Source of the DNA: Takakia lepidozioides
Lineage: Eukaryota > Plantae > Bryophyta
Assembly: GCA_030704615.1 (NCBI GenBank)
Contig: CM060732.1
Coordinates: 69,440,001 to 69,504,000, forward strand
Reading direction: 5' to 3'
DNA: 64,000 nt
The stretch's first letter is position 1; the number at the start of each line of letters is the position of its first letter. Positions 1 to 13,335 of this stretch are shown here, piece after piece. Under the pieces are notes generated by a model, which was given only the letters and a program-made list of their open reading frames with translations, was not told where the DNA came from and did no database searches. The position numbers were made by a program, and so were the translations under genes.

Positions 1-593
1 GAGAGAGACGAGGTTATGACCGGAGAGGAAGGGATGATGATAAGCGGGCTTCATATTCCAGACCAAGACCATAGCTTGATGGACATGGTACCGATCCACA
101 GAGCACTTTCTGAATTGTATGCCATTAAAATGCCACTTAAATTGTAACAAGAGGAGTCATTGAGTGAAGATTTGACTTCTTTGCAGAGCCCTCAAATAAT
201 GGAAGGAGCTGATCCAGCTGAGTTGTTTGGCTTGTTGTTTCCTTCAATTTTAGGGCTAATGCCTTGACTGGGAGGTTGTTACGACAGACCTGGTACTTAG
301 TGTGCAAGTTACCAAATCTCTCAAAGAGACTACCTTCACCATTTGGCCCACCTTATTACGGAAATCCACCTGTGATTTGCAATTGTGAAAGCGTCCCATA
401 AGGAATCTTTTATTTGTGATTTGAGTTTCTTTCGAGCCCTTTCTTCTTATGTTGCAAATTTGAGGTCTGCAGTCAGGTGTGGGATTATTTTATTTGTGAT
501 GCCTCTCTTTTATGAGAGGCCAGCCAAGGAAGGCTCCAAGGAGGGGCCTGAGACTGTTGAGATGGATTCAAATCCCCTTGACTCCTGATACAG

Positions 594-766
594 ACGTTGA
601 ACTGGTGAAGAACAACGCGGTGTGGGGTCGCAAATCTGCTGTAGCATTGGCTAAAATAACTGGAAGTCAGGAAATTATCCCAGACTTACCCATTCCACAG
701 ATCCAAAAGATGCAGGCCGGTACTCTGTGGCCCGTTCGATGCCATATCATGAGTATCAGATCTTAG
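594..766 (+). CDS. Probable terminal exon of a pseudouridine-5'-phosphate glycosidase (PsuG/IndA/PUMY-like) gene; the rest lies upstream of the window or is lost
   Basis: After cag (591-593) the frame reads (D/N)VELVKNNAVWGRKSAVALAKI, resembling the family C-terminal motif NIALVKNNAxxGAxIAVAL; stop at 766. Confidence 0.5.
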
Positions 767-2876
767 TTATAAGCTCAATTCGTTTGAGCTTCTTACTTTG
801 CTTGATTGGCACCGCAATGAGAGGGATAGAAATAGAGCTTACTGCAGACCCTGGATTCCCCTTTGAAATCCCATCCAACTAACACCAGCTCCTATATGTT
901 GAGCTCATTATGCCCTCCATCTTGTTAGCAGGCACACAGATATAAACCATGGAGAGACAATGCGATGTTCTGCCTCTGGATCATTGTGATGACGAGACCG
1001 ACCCCCTTGAGGTACTCACCTATCATTCTGTGAACCATTCTCCTGCAAGGACATCTGCTTTGATGAATTGTCTCTACTATAAATAGAGACTGGTGCTCAC
1101 AAGCATGTTCTTTCTTTTGGGTTTCTTTCAAAGGAGAGGCAAATTGTGTTCTTGATAAAAGAGATGCAATCGTCACCTGGGGCGAAGAAACCACAGTGTC
1201 CTCAACTTGATCGGTACAATGCTTGAATCACCCACAAACAAGCAAGCTCAGCCTTGCTGAATGACCAGCACAAACTTCTTCCCTGATGGTTTTCAGTGCT
1301 CTTCAGACTGCGTGTGTACCATTTCCATTTGCAATTGAATCCAGTTCCGAAGAGTCTAGAGTGGATTTGTGAAACTGGGCACCCATGCTCCTTGGTTTGC
1401 AATTTGGTGAGCACCGGGTTCTTGAATGCAATGGAGTGCATTACTTTCAACCACATGCAGCATATAGCAGGATACGAGAGAGGTGAAAGATAATGCATTG
1501 CTGATTATTGCGATATTTTCCTTGAAGAATTGTGTCCTATTGAGGTTGGAGGTTTCCTTTTCTTTTATGATACTAATAAGAGTAGCACTTGCAGAATGAT
1601 ACTTGCAGAAATTGGCGTGGGACTGGTCGTCTGTCCCAAGTATCTTATTGTGCTTTTGGCCTCTATCAGGAGAATACCATCAAATGAGCCGCGCATCAAG
1701 GGGTCACTCGAACGCTCTTGCAACTTGTGCAATCCCAAATGATGTGATAGCTCCTGGAAACGACAGTTACGAAAGATTGATGATCTTGTGCATCAGCAGG
1801 AAAAACATGCAAAAACTTGTCTATGTTATGAGGAGGAGATCACCAGCACAAAGGTATCCTTGGCTTTGTCAAGATTGTCTGCAACGGTGGGGGCCTGTTG
1901 CCGAAACTGACTCAGTGGATATGCCTTCAACTCTTCAATTGCTGCTACACTATCCCACCCCACCCTACATTTGTCATGGGATTGGCATCTGAGTGTGTAC
2001 ACTATCAACGTGCCCAGGAAATGTGAGAAGATTGAGATAAGGAGCGCCAACCCATCCATTGTTTCACATTCTAGCTAGGAAAAGGTAGAGAAGGAATTAT
2101 GCTGGCAGCAACATTGTAAGCCTCCCCCGAGTCTGTACCAGTGTCCATGTCCATGCCTTCAAGCCCATTGTATCAGCTCTAATTCGAAAGAGAGAGAAAA
2201 AGATAGATCCAGACATCTCATCAGGTTCCCATTCATCGACAAGCTGTGCATTGTCAGTAAAATGAGAATCCTGGATTTTCTTGTATCAAACTCCTACACA
2301 ACTATGTCATGCATGAAAGTTGCATCCCTTTGCATTGCTGACTGGCATTCCATTCAAGGATAGATAAGGCTGATCTCAGACTGGTCTCACCATCTCCCTT
2401 CCTTCAAAACTGTGAATCTTGTTTCTACTCTTGAATCAACTGGCAGCCAAAACTGTGCTGTAGCCTCACACACATAGGTCTACAGATGATTTCTCCTGTG
2501 AACGTACATCAGTTTGCAATATTATCAATAATCGGTAAAACTAATTGAAACTAATTTATTTTTAAACATAAAAATAAATCAAATCAAATCTCAAAATAAT
2601 TGTGAAAGTGTCCATCAATAGAAACCGTTAGATGCTGTTCGATCCTATTCAGAGTACTGGTCCACCGTGCGATTATCCAAGCATCTCTAGAGACGAGGCA
2701 ATTTAGTTCTAGTCTTCCGAGACTGTGCACATGATCTGCACTGGGCCTAAAAAACTAAAACTGCTTCCTCTGCACTGCACTGCACTCAGTTCCCTCCTTC
2801 CTTCATTGTTGTGGGCATCAGTTCTTGCATTCTTGTTTAGTTCTCTGTGTGTCTCGTTTGTTTGTGTTGCAGCACC

Positions 2877-3272
2877 ATGGCCACCGTATTGCGGATTTTT
2901 GAGTTGTCTATGAGAAGGGCCATTGAGAACGGAATTGGAATTGGAGGAGAAGACACCGATATGGACCTGCTACAAAGGATTCTCCCACACTGCACAGAAG
3001 AGCTGCGCAATCTGCAACTGGCTTCGCATGAGCGAGATTGGAGCGAATTGATGAATGAGATGTGGCGCAGCTGGTATGCAAATGTGTTTGGAGGTGACCA
3101 TATTTACCTGGAGAGGGAAATTGCTGTGAGAACTCAGGATGGTGCTAAACTGGTGTGGAGATCACTTTTCCAGAACAGGTTCAAGATCAGGCTGGAGAAA
3201 ATATCAGAGGGGTTTCCTTCCACAAGTAGGAGTCCACGTCCACATGTGACGAAGAAGGCTAGGCTGGAGTAG
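2877..3272 (+). CDS. Short intronless Elongin A-like (SIII subunit A domain) protein, 131 aa
   Basis: ATG in caccATGG context. ELSMRRAIENGIGIGGEDTDMDLLQRILPHCTEELRNLQLASHERDWSELMNEMWRSWYANVFG resembles the plant Elongin A pattern LCxxKAIDNxxxxGDVGxTDxxLLxxILxHCTxxQL...W..FY...FG; basic C-terminus KKARLE. Confidence 0.6.
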   Translation: MATVLRIFELSMRRAIENGIGIGGEDTDMDLLQRILPHCTEELRNLQLASHERDWSELMNEMWRSWYANVFGGDHIYLEREIAVRTQDGAKLVWRSLFQNRFKIRLEKISEGFPSTSRSPRPHVTKKARLE

Positions 3273-4915
3273 AAAGGTGAATTTGGGCTGCAGTTATGAG
3301 GAATAAGCCATGAAGTTTACCCCTTATTATGAGGAGAACTTGAGTGATCAAATCACCACAGATTATGAGCTCTAGCTTTAGTCATTGTTTCTCTTTAAAG
3401 CAAAGGTTGATGTGACCTTCCCGAGTTCTTTTTGTTTCAAGATAAAACATTTCCTCTCCCTGAGCTAGACATACACTCACTCACTGCTGAGATTCATTCA
3501 TGAGAGCCTAGGCTTGAACTGCTGCAAGGGGTTCCTCGAAAAGGACTGGGGGGGGAATATTTCAACAATTCTGACCACAGGGTGCCATACAATTTCTTGA
3601 TGAGCTGAATCTTCATCTTTTTATTGCTAAACACCTTGGACTTGTATGAACTACGGTCTGTTCACTTCACTTGCTATCTCTTGCAAAAGTTTGATATCTG
3701 GATACCTTGCATTCAAGAGATGCTGCAGTGCAAAAATTTGCATGTGGAGTTGAGTGCCAGAATTGAGGAAGCAGCTTTCAATGCACCCCTAAACAAGCTT
3801 GCGCAAAGCACTGCTGGCTTCTTCGGAAGGGTTCTCTCATCTCTTTTTCTGGGATAATGCTTATGGTTCAAGTTGTTCATCTTAGTAATTGCTATCCTAA
3901 GTGCAAGACCTTGAATAGCATGAACAACATATTAAGGGACATTGCTGCTGCAGAAGTGGCAATTATAGCTGCAAAACAAACAGGACAAACCAACCTAGCA
4001 TAAGCTGGAGTCATCATAATGATCCAGAAACTTATCACATGCCAAATCAACTTTTTTGAACACGCGCTAAGCAACACACAAGTCAGCAGATTCGAATGGT
4101 GGCGAAGGAAGTTGTAACTCCTCAGAGAAAGCAAATGACTTACTATATGGTGACAGGGGCCTGTACAGAGGGACAGCAAGTCCAGCTGTTGCTTTGTCGA
4201 AGTTGTGCAACAATGTACCCTTTAGGATTGCCTCTTGGGCATTTATTTTTGCATTTCAAGGGAGCTGTGACAGTAAAGATTGTCCAGTTCAATGCATAAA
4301 TCTACAATCTCAAACCTTCATCAAAATTGCATTGTGTTATCTTTCAGCAAATGCTATCAATTCAAGTCAAATATTCTGGAGACTCCAAGGTGCCAGAAGC
4401 ACTCTTATTGCTGGACAGCTGCCTGAAGGAGTGCCGTACCGCCATCTGAAGGGGACGGCGCAAGGGAGGGAGGTATCTCAAGCATACATACAGATCTCAA
4501 GAGAAGGTGCTAGCTGTGGCCTTCCCTTCATCATGCTGCATGCTGACAACCTGCAATAAGGAAGCTCATGTTGTTACTGCTGCGATCATCGTGATCATTC
4601 AAAGAGATGGAGACCACACTGGAAATCTGCCTGCCTAGAATGAAGACCGAGTCAATTACCTCCAATGTCAAGTCACCAAATCTCCGCCCTTCCCGAAATA
4701 TATCCTGTAGACACTCAAGAGCTCTGCATGGTAATTTTCAGTACTGTCCCAATACTAAGGAAAACTGATGCACCTAGCTGGTGGGTTTTCCTTGCCAAAC
4801 ATTGGAGAATGATCTTTCACAATGAGGAAAAACCATGTATCTTTCAGGACATCTGTGTTCATATGAACCTTTAGTACCCACGTGCCCATGCCAAATGCAC
4901 GTGAACTACAACAGT

Positions 4916-7900
4916 TTACTTCTTTGTGGTGGAAGACTCATCTGTGTCCTCTTGTTGCTCAATACTTCTTGCATTCAAAGCCAGCGCCTCTGATTGCACA
5001 CTCCCAGCAGCCACCTTCTCTTCCAATTTGCGTCTTGTCCTCAGTCTCTGAACTGCTAGAAGTAGATTATGCACTGCAGCCTTTGTGCGTGCAGGGTTTA
5101 CTCGAGATGGTCTTCCAGCCCACTTTTCTTCTCTACATCCGCCACTTTGTGGTCCATCTTTGCCTTCACTCCTGTCTGCTATCTTGAAGGCCTTTCTTTG
5201 ACAGCTGTCTCCCGCTGCATCATGCCCAGTTTGTAAATCACCAATGTTTGCTTTGCACTCCTGCGGATTGCAGCGTCCCACATCTGCAGCTCGGAAAATG
5301 TGAACGTGGAAAGTGATGCTCATAGAATCTATCAATTCAAACACACATCCATCCCCTTCCTTGACAGAGTGATGAACAACAAATTCTTCCCACCCTTCAT
5401 GTAGACCTGAGGAAAAAACCTTGTGGTTGCTGCAGGTGGTTGCCCAGGTGGCATTCCAGCGTTTATTCAACGAGTCCACAAGGGTCACAGGTGTCCTCTC
5501 AGACTTCATCCACCTTTCTGTGAAGTCACGCGGTATTGGCTGCCAGAGACAATTTCAGGAGCAATGTATCACTCTTCTGCTTCAGAAAAGACAAAGAAAA
5601 CACGATCTCAGAAAAATGCAGTGCATTGCTGCATTCAACGAGTTAAAACGCCCATGAACATTTAGTCTGCACATGTCTGTCCTTTTGTGTGTGTATGAGC
5701 TTGAAGGCATCTTTTATAAGTCCTAGGCATGCGTAAAACATGATGTTAAAGAGGCTGTAAGGACTGCATACTCACCACCATCGACCTCCACTGACCAGTG
5801 GAGACATTCATGGGAACTGCAATGCTAGGATGTTCAGTCTTCCACGCATGAGCAGCTGACATCACCTTGTCCCTGACAGCTATGGTAGCAGGATCTGGAC
5901 AAGAAGCAAGCACAGCTGTATCAACAGAGCTGCAACAAGAATCCACTGCATGCGACTTGCTCAAATTCAAAACTCCACGTGTTCCCTGTGTGTCTCCAGC
6001 TTCTTGCATTTTAATGGTGCGCCTTGCAGCTAAGAGGTCTGCTTTTGAAGTTCGTCGTTGGCGAAATTTTACCAGCTCACATGGTGAGAAATTGCATTCC
6101 AGGCCTGATTCAATGTCTGCAGTTTCCTTCACAGGAGGACTGGAAGTGGTCCTTTTTTTGCTCAGGTAAATTCCATTAATTGAGAGGAGAGTTCTAGCGC
6201 CCTGGCTGACTGCACCAGCGCCATCAAATTCATCATTTGGGTGCTCCGACATGTAAGAAGCAGCATACTCCTCTCTCACTTGTTGAAGTCTGGATTTCTC
6301 ATGACCAGAGCAGGAGCCCAGAGCTGCTCCTGGACTAGAAGTTTCCATGCTTGTCCTTGATCTTTTACGTGTCAGACGTGGTTCCACAGCCTTATAATCC
6401 ACCATACAAGCCACTTTCCACGCTTTCATAGACCTATCCCGTGCTTGAGAAGCTATCCACTTATGAACTTGCTCAGGCCTTCCCGCACCACCCTGTCTGA
6501 CCACTTGCTCAACTGGGAAGATGCGAACCATAATACTAACATTCAACTCCATCAGCTCAAACAGACATACGTCCCCTACTTTGAGGCGATGACTATTTGC
6601 CAAATCACTCCATCCACTACCAAGACCAAAAAGATCTCCAGATACCTTTGTCCACAAGATGGGCCACTTATTGCCAGCCAAGTCGATAACTTCAATGACT
6701 TTGTACTCTGCAAGTGGCATGCATTCCCTTGAAAAATTCGCTGGAACATACTGCAGGACAAGAGAAACACTTTACATCATCAAAATCTTTTTGCAGCTAC
6801 ATATCACGCTAGACACAAGTGATCATCATGCATACATAACTCAACTGGCAATGCACATCTGAGACCAAGTCTTAAACTCATCTGAGATCACTGACAATGT
6901 TGGCTCAATTGGTGGACAAGGTTAAGGTAGTACAAGCCTGCATTTCTCTCAGGCAGTAGAGTGGTGACTTCTACAACAACTTCCAAACCATTCCATCATT
7001 ATTACAGTGACATCTACTACCCCTCCTTTTGCCCCTTCCTCTCTTGGTTTTGGACGGGGAAGATATGGGCTTCCCAGCACTCCAAGGCTTGTAAAGCAAT
7101 CATCTACTGGTCCTTTCCAGCAACTGTTAGGAAGAGTTCTGAACTGCTTAAGGAAAATGTAGCTCACCAGGGAATTCCGTAATATTGACTTCTCTGACAT
7201 GCAGTGGATAAAAGAGGGGTTTACTAAACTTCTCTTCAATTCTTTTGCAGCCTCCATAGCCTTGCTCTCCCTTATCACCACATCAGATAAAGAAGTTTTC
7301 TTCACAGGCACAGGGGTCATCACTTCTGGCTTATCTCTCTCCATTTTCTTCCAACCAATCAGTTCTCTGACATCACCAGGGATGCCATAATTGACCGCAC
7401 AGAGAGCGCTTGCTTTAGGATGCCCGGCAGCATCAGAGACCTCCACACCAAATCTCTGTGTATTTGCTTCCAGGGTGAAAACCAGATGATCTCCTAACTC
7501 CAGGCCATGGGCGGCCGCAAACACATTCCACCCCTCCCTGAAGCCCATGTGTTTAGCTGAGTCTACTTGGCCCACACGCACTTCCCAAGACTGCCCACTT
7601 GGCCCTACAAGGTTGAAAAGTGGATTTCTTTCAATTTTGAGTCGGTGGTGCTTCACAAACTCATCTGGAATTTCCTGAACAGGACAACACAACAAACAGA
7701 TCAATCCTCGCATCCTTCCTGCAAACTAAATAATTGTCCAAGGTAGACCTAGTGAGTACAAAACTCCAACATATCATTAAAGAAAACCATGGAAGCCTGT
7801 TCTGGACCTGGAAAGATCTTGGCAGCATCACCACCCCCCTCCCTTCTGGAAGTCCAGAAGGCAAGACCCCTTGCTCAGACAAGCCACCGTAACGGTGATC

Positions 7901-8768
7901 CTAGAGACAGATACTTTGCTTGTAACATCCCGGGAAGATTTTAAAAAATTCCATGTCAAGTTCAGCAATGCTACATTCCATCCTGTCACATTTGAGCCAT
8001 GCTTGCTCCTAGCGCATCCTCACATCAAAGGCTAAGACCTCATCATCCTCATGGCTACCTATGCAGGGGCGAAGACTCTGGACCTTTGCAACCTGAGCAG
8101 CTGTGGTGGTGATAAATCATTATAGCGAAGTCGACAGTGAAATTCTTCCATAAAATATTGAGCCTTGACTGGAGCAAGATTTGCATCTCATAGAATTCTC
8201 TGTCAGTCGTACAACCTGAGACCTAACATCCAGCCTGTATGCAAGCTGCTGTCCATCACTCCTCCCTTTCTTACTTTGATATGAGTGTCCATTACTGCAG
8301 GTTGAGAAGTAGACTCCAACCATGTCTTATTATTTTGCAAGGAGAAATAGATTCCAAGAAAGAAAGGAGGAAAGCCCTAGCTTCCATACAAAATCAGGTA
8401 GAGCAATGATGGAGATTCCGCTATGCAAGAGCACAGGTAACAGAGGTCTAATTGGAATGCCAATCAAGACAAGCGGCCAAAGGAATCAAACGAAACTAAA
8501 CGAAACTAAACCCCATAGGATGTTACAAGATTTAGGTTATTTGAGACTGACTTTGAGGGCCCGTTCGCGACATTTATTAAATTAACACTTCGCCTGATTA
8601 AACATGCAGAGAGCTTACCATCCAGCACACATTGTCAATGGGAAAATTGCTTTCAGCCATTCTCATGGAGAAACTTGTTGAGTCCGAAGCTCCAGTGTTC
8701 GGCAGGCAGGCTGTAACAGTCCCGTCCTGCCTACCTTCCGCGCACTGGTCACCCGTTGGAAGGGCCAT
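4916..8768 (-). CDS. REM/VRN1-type B3-domain transcription factor with three B3 domains; exons ~8768-8619, 7674-7168, 6750-5776, 5539-4916
   Basis: Three B3 signatures (GPSGQSWEV..GFREGWNVFAAAHGLELGDHLVF; GNKWPI..GSGWSDLANSHRLKVGDVCLFEL; NKRWNA..GWEEFVVHHSVKEGDGCVFEL) joined by GT-AG phase-0 introns, each just before an IP/VPxxF motif. The 3' end may have a further exon. Confidence 0.85.
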
Positions 8769-9399
8769 GGCAGCAAACCGAAGATCAGATGATGAAGAGG
8801 ATGATCCAGCTAACAAAGTATGTTCCACCCCGCACGCATACCTCCCACTCGATCGTTTGCCTAATGCTTCCCCGCAAGACAGCAGATGAACCGATCCGTA
8901 GCTATTTGAAGGGACCTCAAATCACACGCAAGCGATAGATCTGACAATCCTTACGCAGCTCCAACAGCAATGACCCTAAGTAATAGATAGACAGAGAGAA
9001 CGTGAGTTCATCTGGCAAGTCCGCAGAAAGCAGGACGAGCGAAGACTTGCACCTCCTAATAATTTCTCAAACTCCGCAGCTTTAGAGTTCCGAAATTGAA
9101 ACAACATCTGACAGGAAAACCGACAGCGTGAAACCGACGCAATGTCCGTGTATAGTCACAGAATACCAAAATACGACTCCACCGAACAAAAACAGCAAAC
9201 GCAACACGTTACACCACAAATAGGAGAAAGATCGAGGAGAAAGAGCGAGGAGGGCACATTGTTGCTTGTTTTGCAAGCTTCTGGATCTTCCGCACACACA
9301 TCCTCGCCGAATGCTCGCACCCACCATCCCACCCACCGCGCGCGCTTTGCTTGGCGCCATCCACACGAGGCCTGGCAGACCATGACTATACCCCACTGC

Positions 9400-9413
9400 G
9401 CGCCACGTGGCGC
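9400..9413. promoter_or_regulatory. Perfect 14-bp palindrome GCGCCACGTGGCGC containing a G-box, upstream of the B3 gene
   Basis: Seen directly; CACGTG core with palindromic flanks in a GC-rich segment ~630 bp upstream of the B3 ATG. Confidence 0.45.
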
Positions 9414-11704
9414 TCCGTAATGTCCAGTTTGCCCTAATCTTCTAGATTATGAACGAGAACAGACAAACGTTTGGATGCTTTTTCGATCCTCATCGTGACA
9501 AACGGCCACATCCATCCTCTAGGAAAGATGAAACTGAATGAATAGCATCCGTGGGTTAGATGAATGATAGTGGAATTGATGAATGATCTTATATTTGGCG
9601 CAAGCACGAGTCACGGAAGTGGGCCTCCACTTCTCTCGAGCAAGCAAAGCGTTGCCTGCTTTTTAGGATTTCCTGCAACTGTAGTTTGCTTCTCATCTCT
9701 CCCGAGTCCCTTCCGTATAGGTCAATGATGGACATGCTGCAGAGGATCTTCAAGCTGTCCGAGGCTATAAGGATGAACCTCCACAGGAGAGAGAGTACGT
9801 ATTGAAGGCCAGTATCGAAGTCAAGGGACATCCACGGACCAGTCGCATCAAGATCCATCGACAGTTCACCCACCCTGTACCTTTCCAGAAGGCGATGAAT
9901 TACTGACAAAGAGAAAGAGACAGGAAAAGTGTTTGCCCAGCAGATTAAGAACCCCAAGTTTGTGAGAGTCATGATGTGGGACTCTGCAGTGAACTACTCA
10001 TTGAGTTGATGTTCATTCGTTAGCTCATCTGTCCAGGAATGCTGTGTAAGAACAAGATAGACAGGGAAAGGAAGAGATTGCACGTTAGGGTGGACCATCA
10101 GCGCAATAGAGACTAGAGCAGTCTGAATTTGCATGTCCTCTGAATATTTCCTTGGATTGGGCCCTCAAGTTCTGTTGAAAACACTTATCTCTTACCTCTC
10201 GATTTTTCGGGAGGACAAGTTGATAAGTTAGTGGTGGCAACGCTGTCTGGTTAGGAAACCACTTGCGTGGTCGCATGTGTATTGTTTTTCTGGCATTAGG
10301 TGCAGGGTGGACAAAGTTCGCACTTCGCACTCCAGCACTTTCTCGTGGAAAGAGACGCGGGATCTGACTGATCCCTCGATTCTTGTTCGCATTTTCTAGT
10401 TGTGGGACTGCTTAAGATTGGACAATCTGTGATCGTGGTTGCCTCAGAGAAGCTGGACATAGCTCTGGATAAGATGATGATATCTTACCATACACTGTGT
10501 TCTAGTGCTCAGAATCGTACTTATGTTTTGTAGCGAGAATTGTGGACTAGTGGTGAGCACGAAGGAAGGATCCTGGTGAGGATCTAGGCAACAGATAGGG
10601 CTGTAAAGAGAGTAATTTATATTCCCCGCGTGAGACAAACTAATCGGGAAAGTGGACAGAAATTAGGGTTCCACATCTCCAGACAAGCAAGCACATCAGA
10701 GACCAAGGAGTCAGGGGTGGACACAGACTCTTGTAGAGCCAGATAACCCTAGCCACCTAAAGTAGCTTGCAATGTCATCCCCAGTGGACCTTGGGGATTT
10801 GGCCTATCTTTCAACACAGACCAGACAAGAACGTTTAAATTCACAACACCAACATGTGTGGCACAATCTGAAAACTGCCATCACTACACATTCATGACCA
10901 GACAGTGGTAAAGGTATCTCGGGAGGAATTTCAACGCACTGCAACCAACCCAATTCCTACTCTACTTTCATTACATATCTCATACTCGGGGAGTTCCAGT
11001 TCCATGCGCTGTATTTCTGAAGTGTACATTGACACCCAGGTGGTCCAATTCTGCCAGCCAACAAACATCGGCTACCTTGTCAACACTCAGAGGAAAGAAT
11101 TTCTCAAACCCTGTCTCTCATCATTACTTTTTCCTCGAGCACCATCATTGAGGTTTCCAAACCATGGAATGAACAATGAACGCAACCGCTCGTTGCATAT
11201 TAGGAGGCCTATAGAACACATACAGACTCTGAAGGCAAAGAGTATTCCGACATGTGAAAGCATAGTTTTAACAATATCAGCATATCACATTCAAAGGGTC
11301 AAACACAACACACCATCCACCTGCCCCGAGGCCTGGTTTACAAGTCCCAAGACAAAGCTACAAGCCATCTGCGGTAAGGCAGCCCATCTCCTTGTACGGT
11401 CTATGCTAATCTGTCTATGCATGGACTGATGAATGAGCAGAAGAATCATAAAACAGTTATGATCTGCCTCTAACTCGGTCTCAAGTCTGTGGCAGAAGCA
11501 GCATAACCCATCCGTAACCCGCTGGTTGCTTTAGAAATATGGTTCTTATTAATGGCTTTATGTCATCTCAGACAAGTGACTACATGTTGACAAAAACGAA
11601 CCCCTGCCATTTGCCACCATCAGGTCAATGCACACGAGCACTTGATGTAAGAACTGCAGCTTCAAAACCCTGTGCGATAGTGGCGCCCCCAACAAAGAAT
11701 CACT

Positions 11705-12157
11705 TCAGAGAAAGGAAGACTGGGAAGAACCCCGGCGGCACTCATTGAGCATGTCAACGTAGAACTGGCACTTCCCGATGTCGTTGCTGTTGGCCATCAC
11801 ACAATCCTGGAAAGCCTTGGTCTGGTTGACGCACGCCTCCATGCTCCCAGACGATGAAGCCACAGGCGAGGACATAGGCCCCTGCGAGGAGGTCGTCTGG
11901 CTGACTTCAACATGCTCAACGGTGCGCGGACCCATCATTGAGTCGACAGCCCGGTGAGCAACTGCACTCCCTGTTCCAAACGCCATACCTTGCGCGATGG
12001 TGCTCGCAAGCCCTCCTAACATGGACCCTCCACCACTGTTCTGCTGCATAGCAGGCGGCGGCGCGTGATGCACAGGGGCAGGAGGGGGTGCCTGCCGCAT
12101 AGCAGGCCGTGGTGCGGATCGTGCCGCAGGGCGCCCAGAGCTGCGTGAGCGAGGCAT
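11705..12157 (-). CDS. CHCHD2/CHCHD10-like (Mix17/At12Cys-type) mitochondrial twin-CX9C protein, intronless CDS
   Basis: MPRSRSSGRPAARSAPRP N-terminus, hydrophobic helix LASTIAQGMAFGTGSAVAHRAVDSMMGPR, C-terminal CX9C-CX9C (CVNQTKAFQDC..CQFYVDMLNEC). Confidence 0.92.
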   Translation of the reverse strand: MPRSRSSGRPAARSAPRPAMRQAPPPAPVHHAPPPAMQQNSGGGSMLGGLASTIAQGMAFGTGSAVAHRAVDSMMGPRTVEHVEVSQTTSSQGPMSSPVASSSGSMEACVNQTKAFQDCVMANSNDIGKCQFYVDMLNECRRGSSQSSFL

Positions 12158-12494
12158 GGTGATGAACAAGCACGCTACAAAACACTGCAAGGATCGACAG
12201 TCTCTCTCTCCTCAGAAAACAAGAACCCAAACACTCCTGCGCGGAGAAATCCTCACAACACAGCAACACGAGCCACGATCTCGCAAGAAAAGAACAATCA
12301 GAGACGAGGGCTGCGTGGAAACATCTCGAAACCCTCGGGTCAGAGAGACGACTTGCTTTGCGTGCATCGCATGCCATCCATCCATCCATCCAGCCTGAAT
12401 ATAGATTACCTTCATAAAGGTAATGTACCTGTCATTACGAGGAAAAGTCAGAAGCATCGATTTTCTCTCACTGCAGTTCGCTTCTCGCAGAGAA

Positions 12495-13080
12495 AAGCAA
12501 AGCTGGAATGGATTCAGATATTTGTTTGGGGAATGCACTTGTGAGCGTGTATTGGAAGTACGGGAGCGTGGTTGAGGTCTGCAGAGTGTGATTCCTGCCT
12601 GGGCGAGTTCTGATTTTATGGAATTCAATGGTTGCAAGACTTTGTCAGCATGGGCATGATGCCGAGGCATTGCAACTTTTCGAGCAAATGCAAAGACAAG
12701 GTATGAAGGCAAATAAGGTCACTTTCACTAGCATCCTCACTGCATGTGCCAGTCCTGCAGCTCTGGAACATGGCAAGCCGCTCTATGCAGTATCAAATCT
12801 AAGTTAGAAGCAGAGATCTGGGCAGGAAATTGAATGTGGAGGTGTGGTGGATGCACGTAGAGTGTTCTTCAGAATGCCTGAACGAGCGTGATTGCAGGAT
12901 TAGCTCAGCATGGTCATTGTGCAGAGGCACTGGATCCAATCTAGGTTTAAGCCAGATGTATGGTTAAAGTGTGGGAGCGTCAGGGATGAACGCCAAGTTT
13001 TTGAGAACCTGCTTGAACGAGATGTGATCTCCTCAGAGTAAAGAGGCCAACCATCTCTTTCAACAAATGCAGCAGATCTC
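12495..13080 (+). pseudogene. Degraded PLS-class PPR gene fragment
   Basis: Frameshifted PPR motifs (GNALVSVYWKYGSVVE, WNSMVARLCQHGHDAEALQ, QMQRQGMKANKVTFTSILTACASPAALEHGK), very similar to the repeats of the intact gene at 37169-39927; stops and indels. Confidence 0.85.
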
Positions 13081-13335
13081 GAGTCCCTAATACTTCATTA
13101 AACTGCATCGCTGATCGTGTGGTAGACGTCCAAGTTGATCAATTCAGTGCCTCCATGGATGGGGGCGCTGCCTCGCACTAATATCCAAAATGCACGTAGT
13201 AACAAGAAGCATATCTACTTGCAAATGAGAAGTTGACACCTCAAAAAAGAAGAGAAGGCACTAAGGTTTGAGGAAAAAATTGTTAATGCGCTGAATGGCC
13301 AAAAAGAATAAAAACTGTTGCCCAATATGACAACC

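Noticed and set aside
9589-10700. Minus-strand ORFs as a host gene
   Set aside because: Fragmented with no domain I can identify; possibly decayed retroelement sequence, too weak to call.
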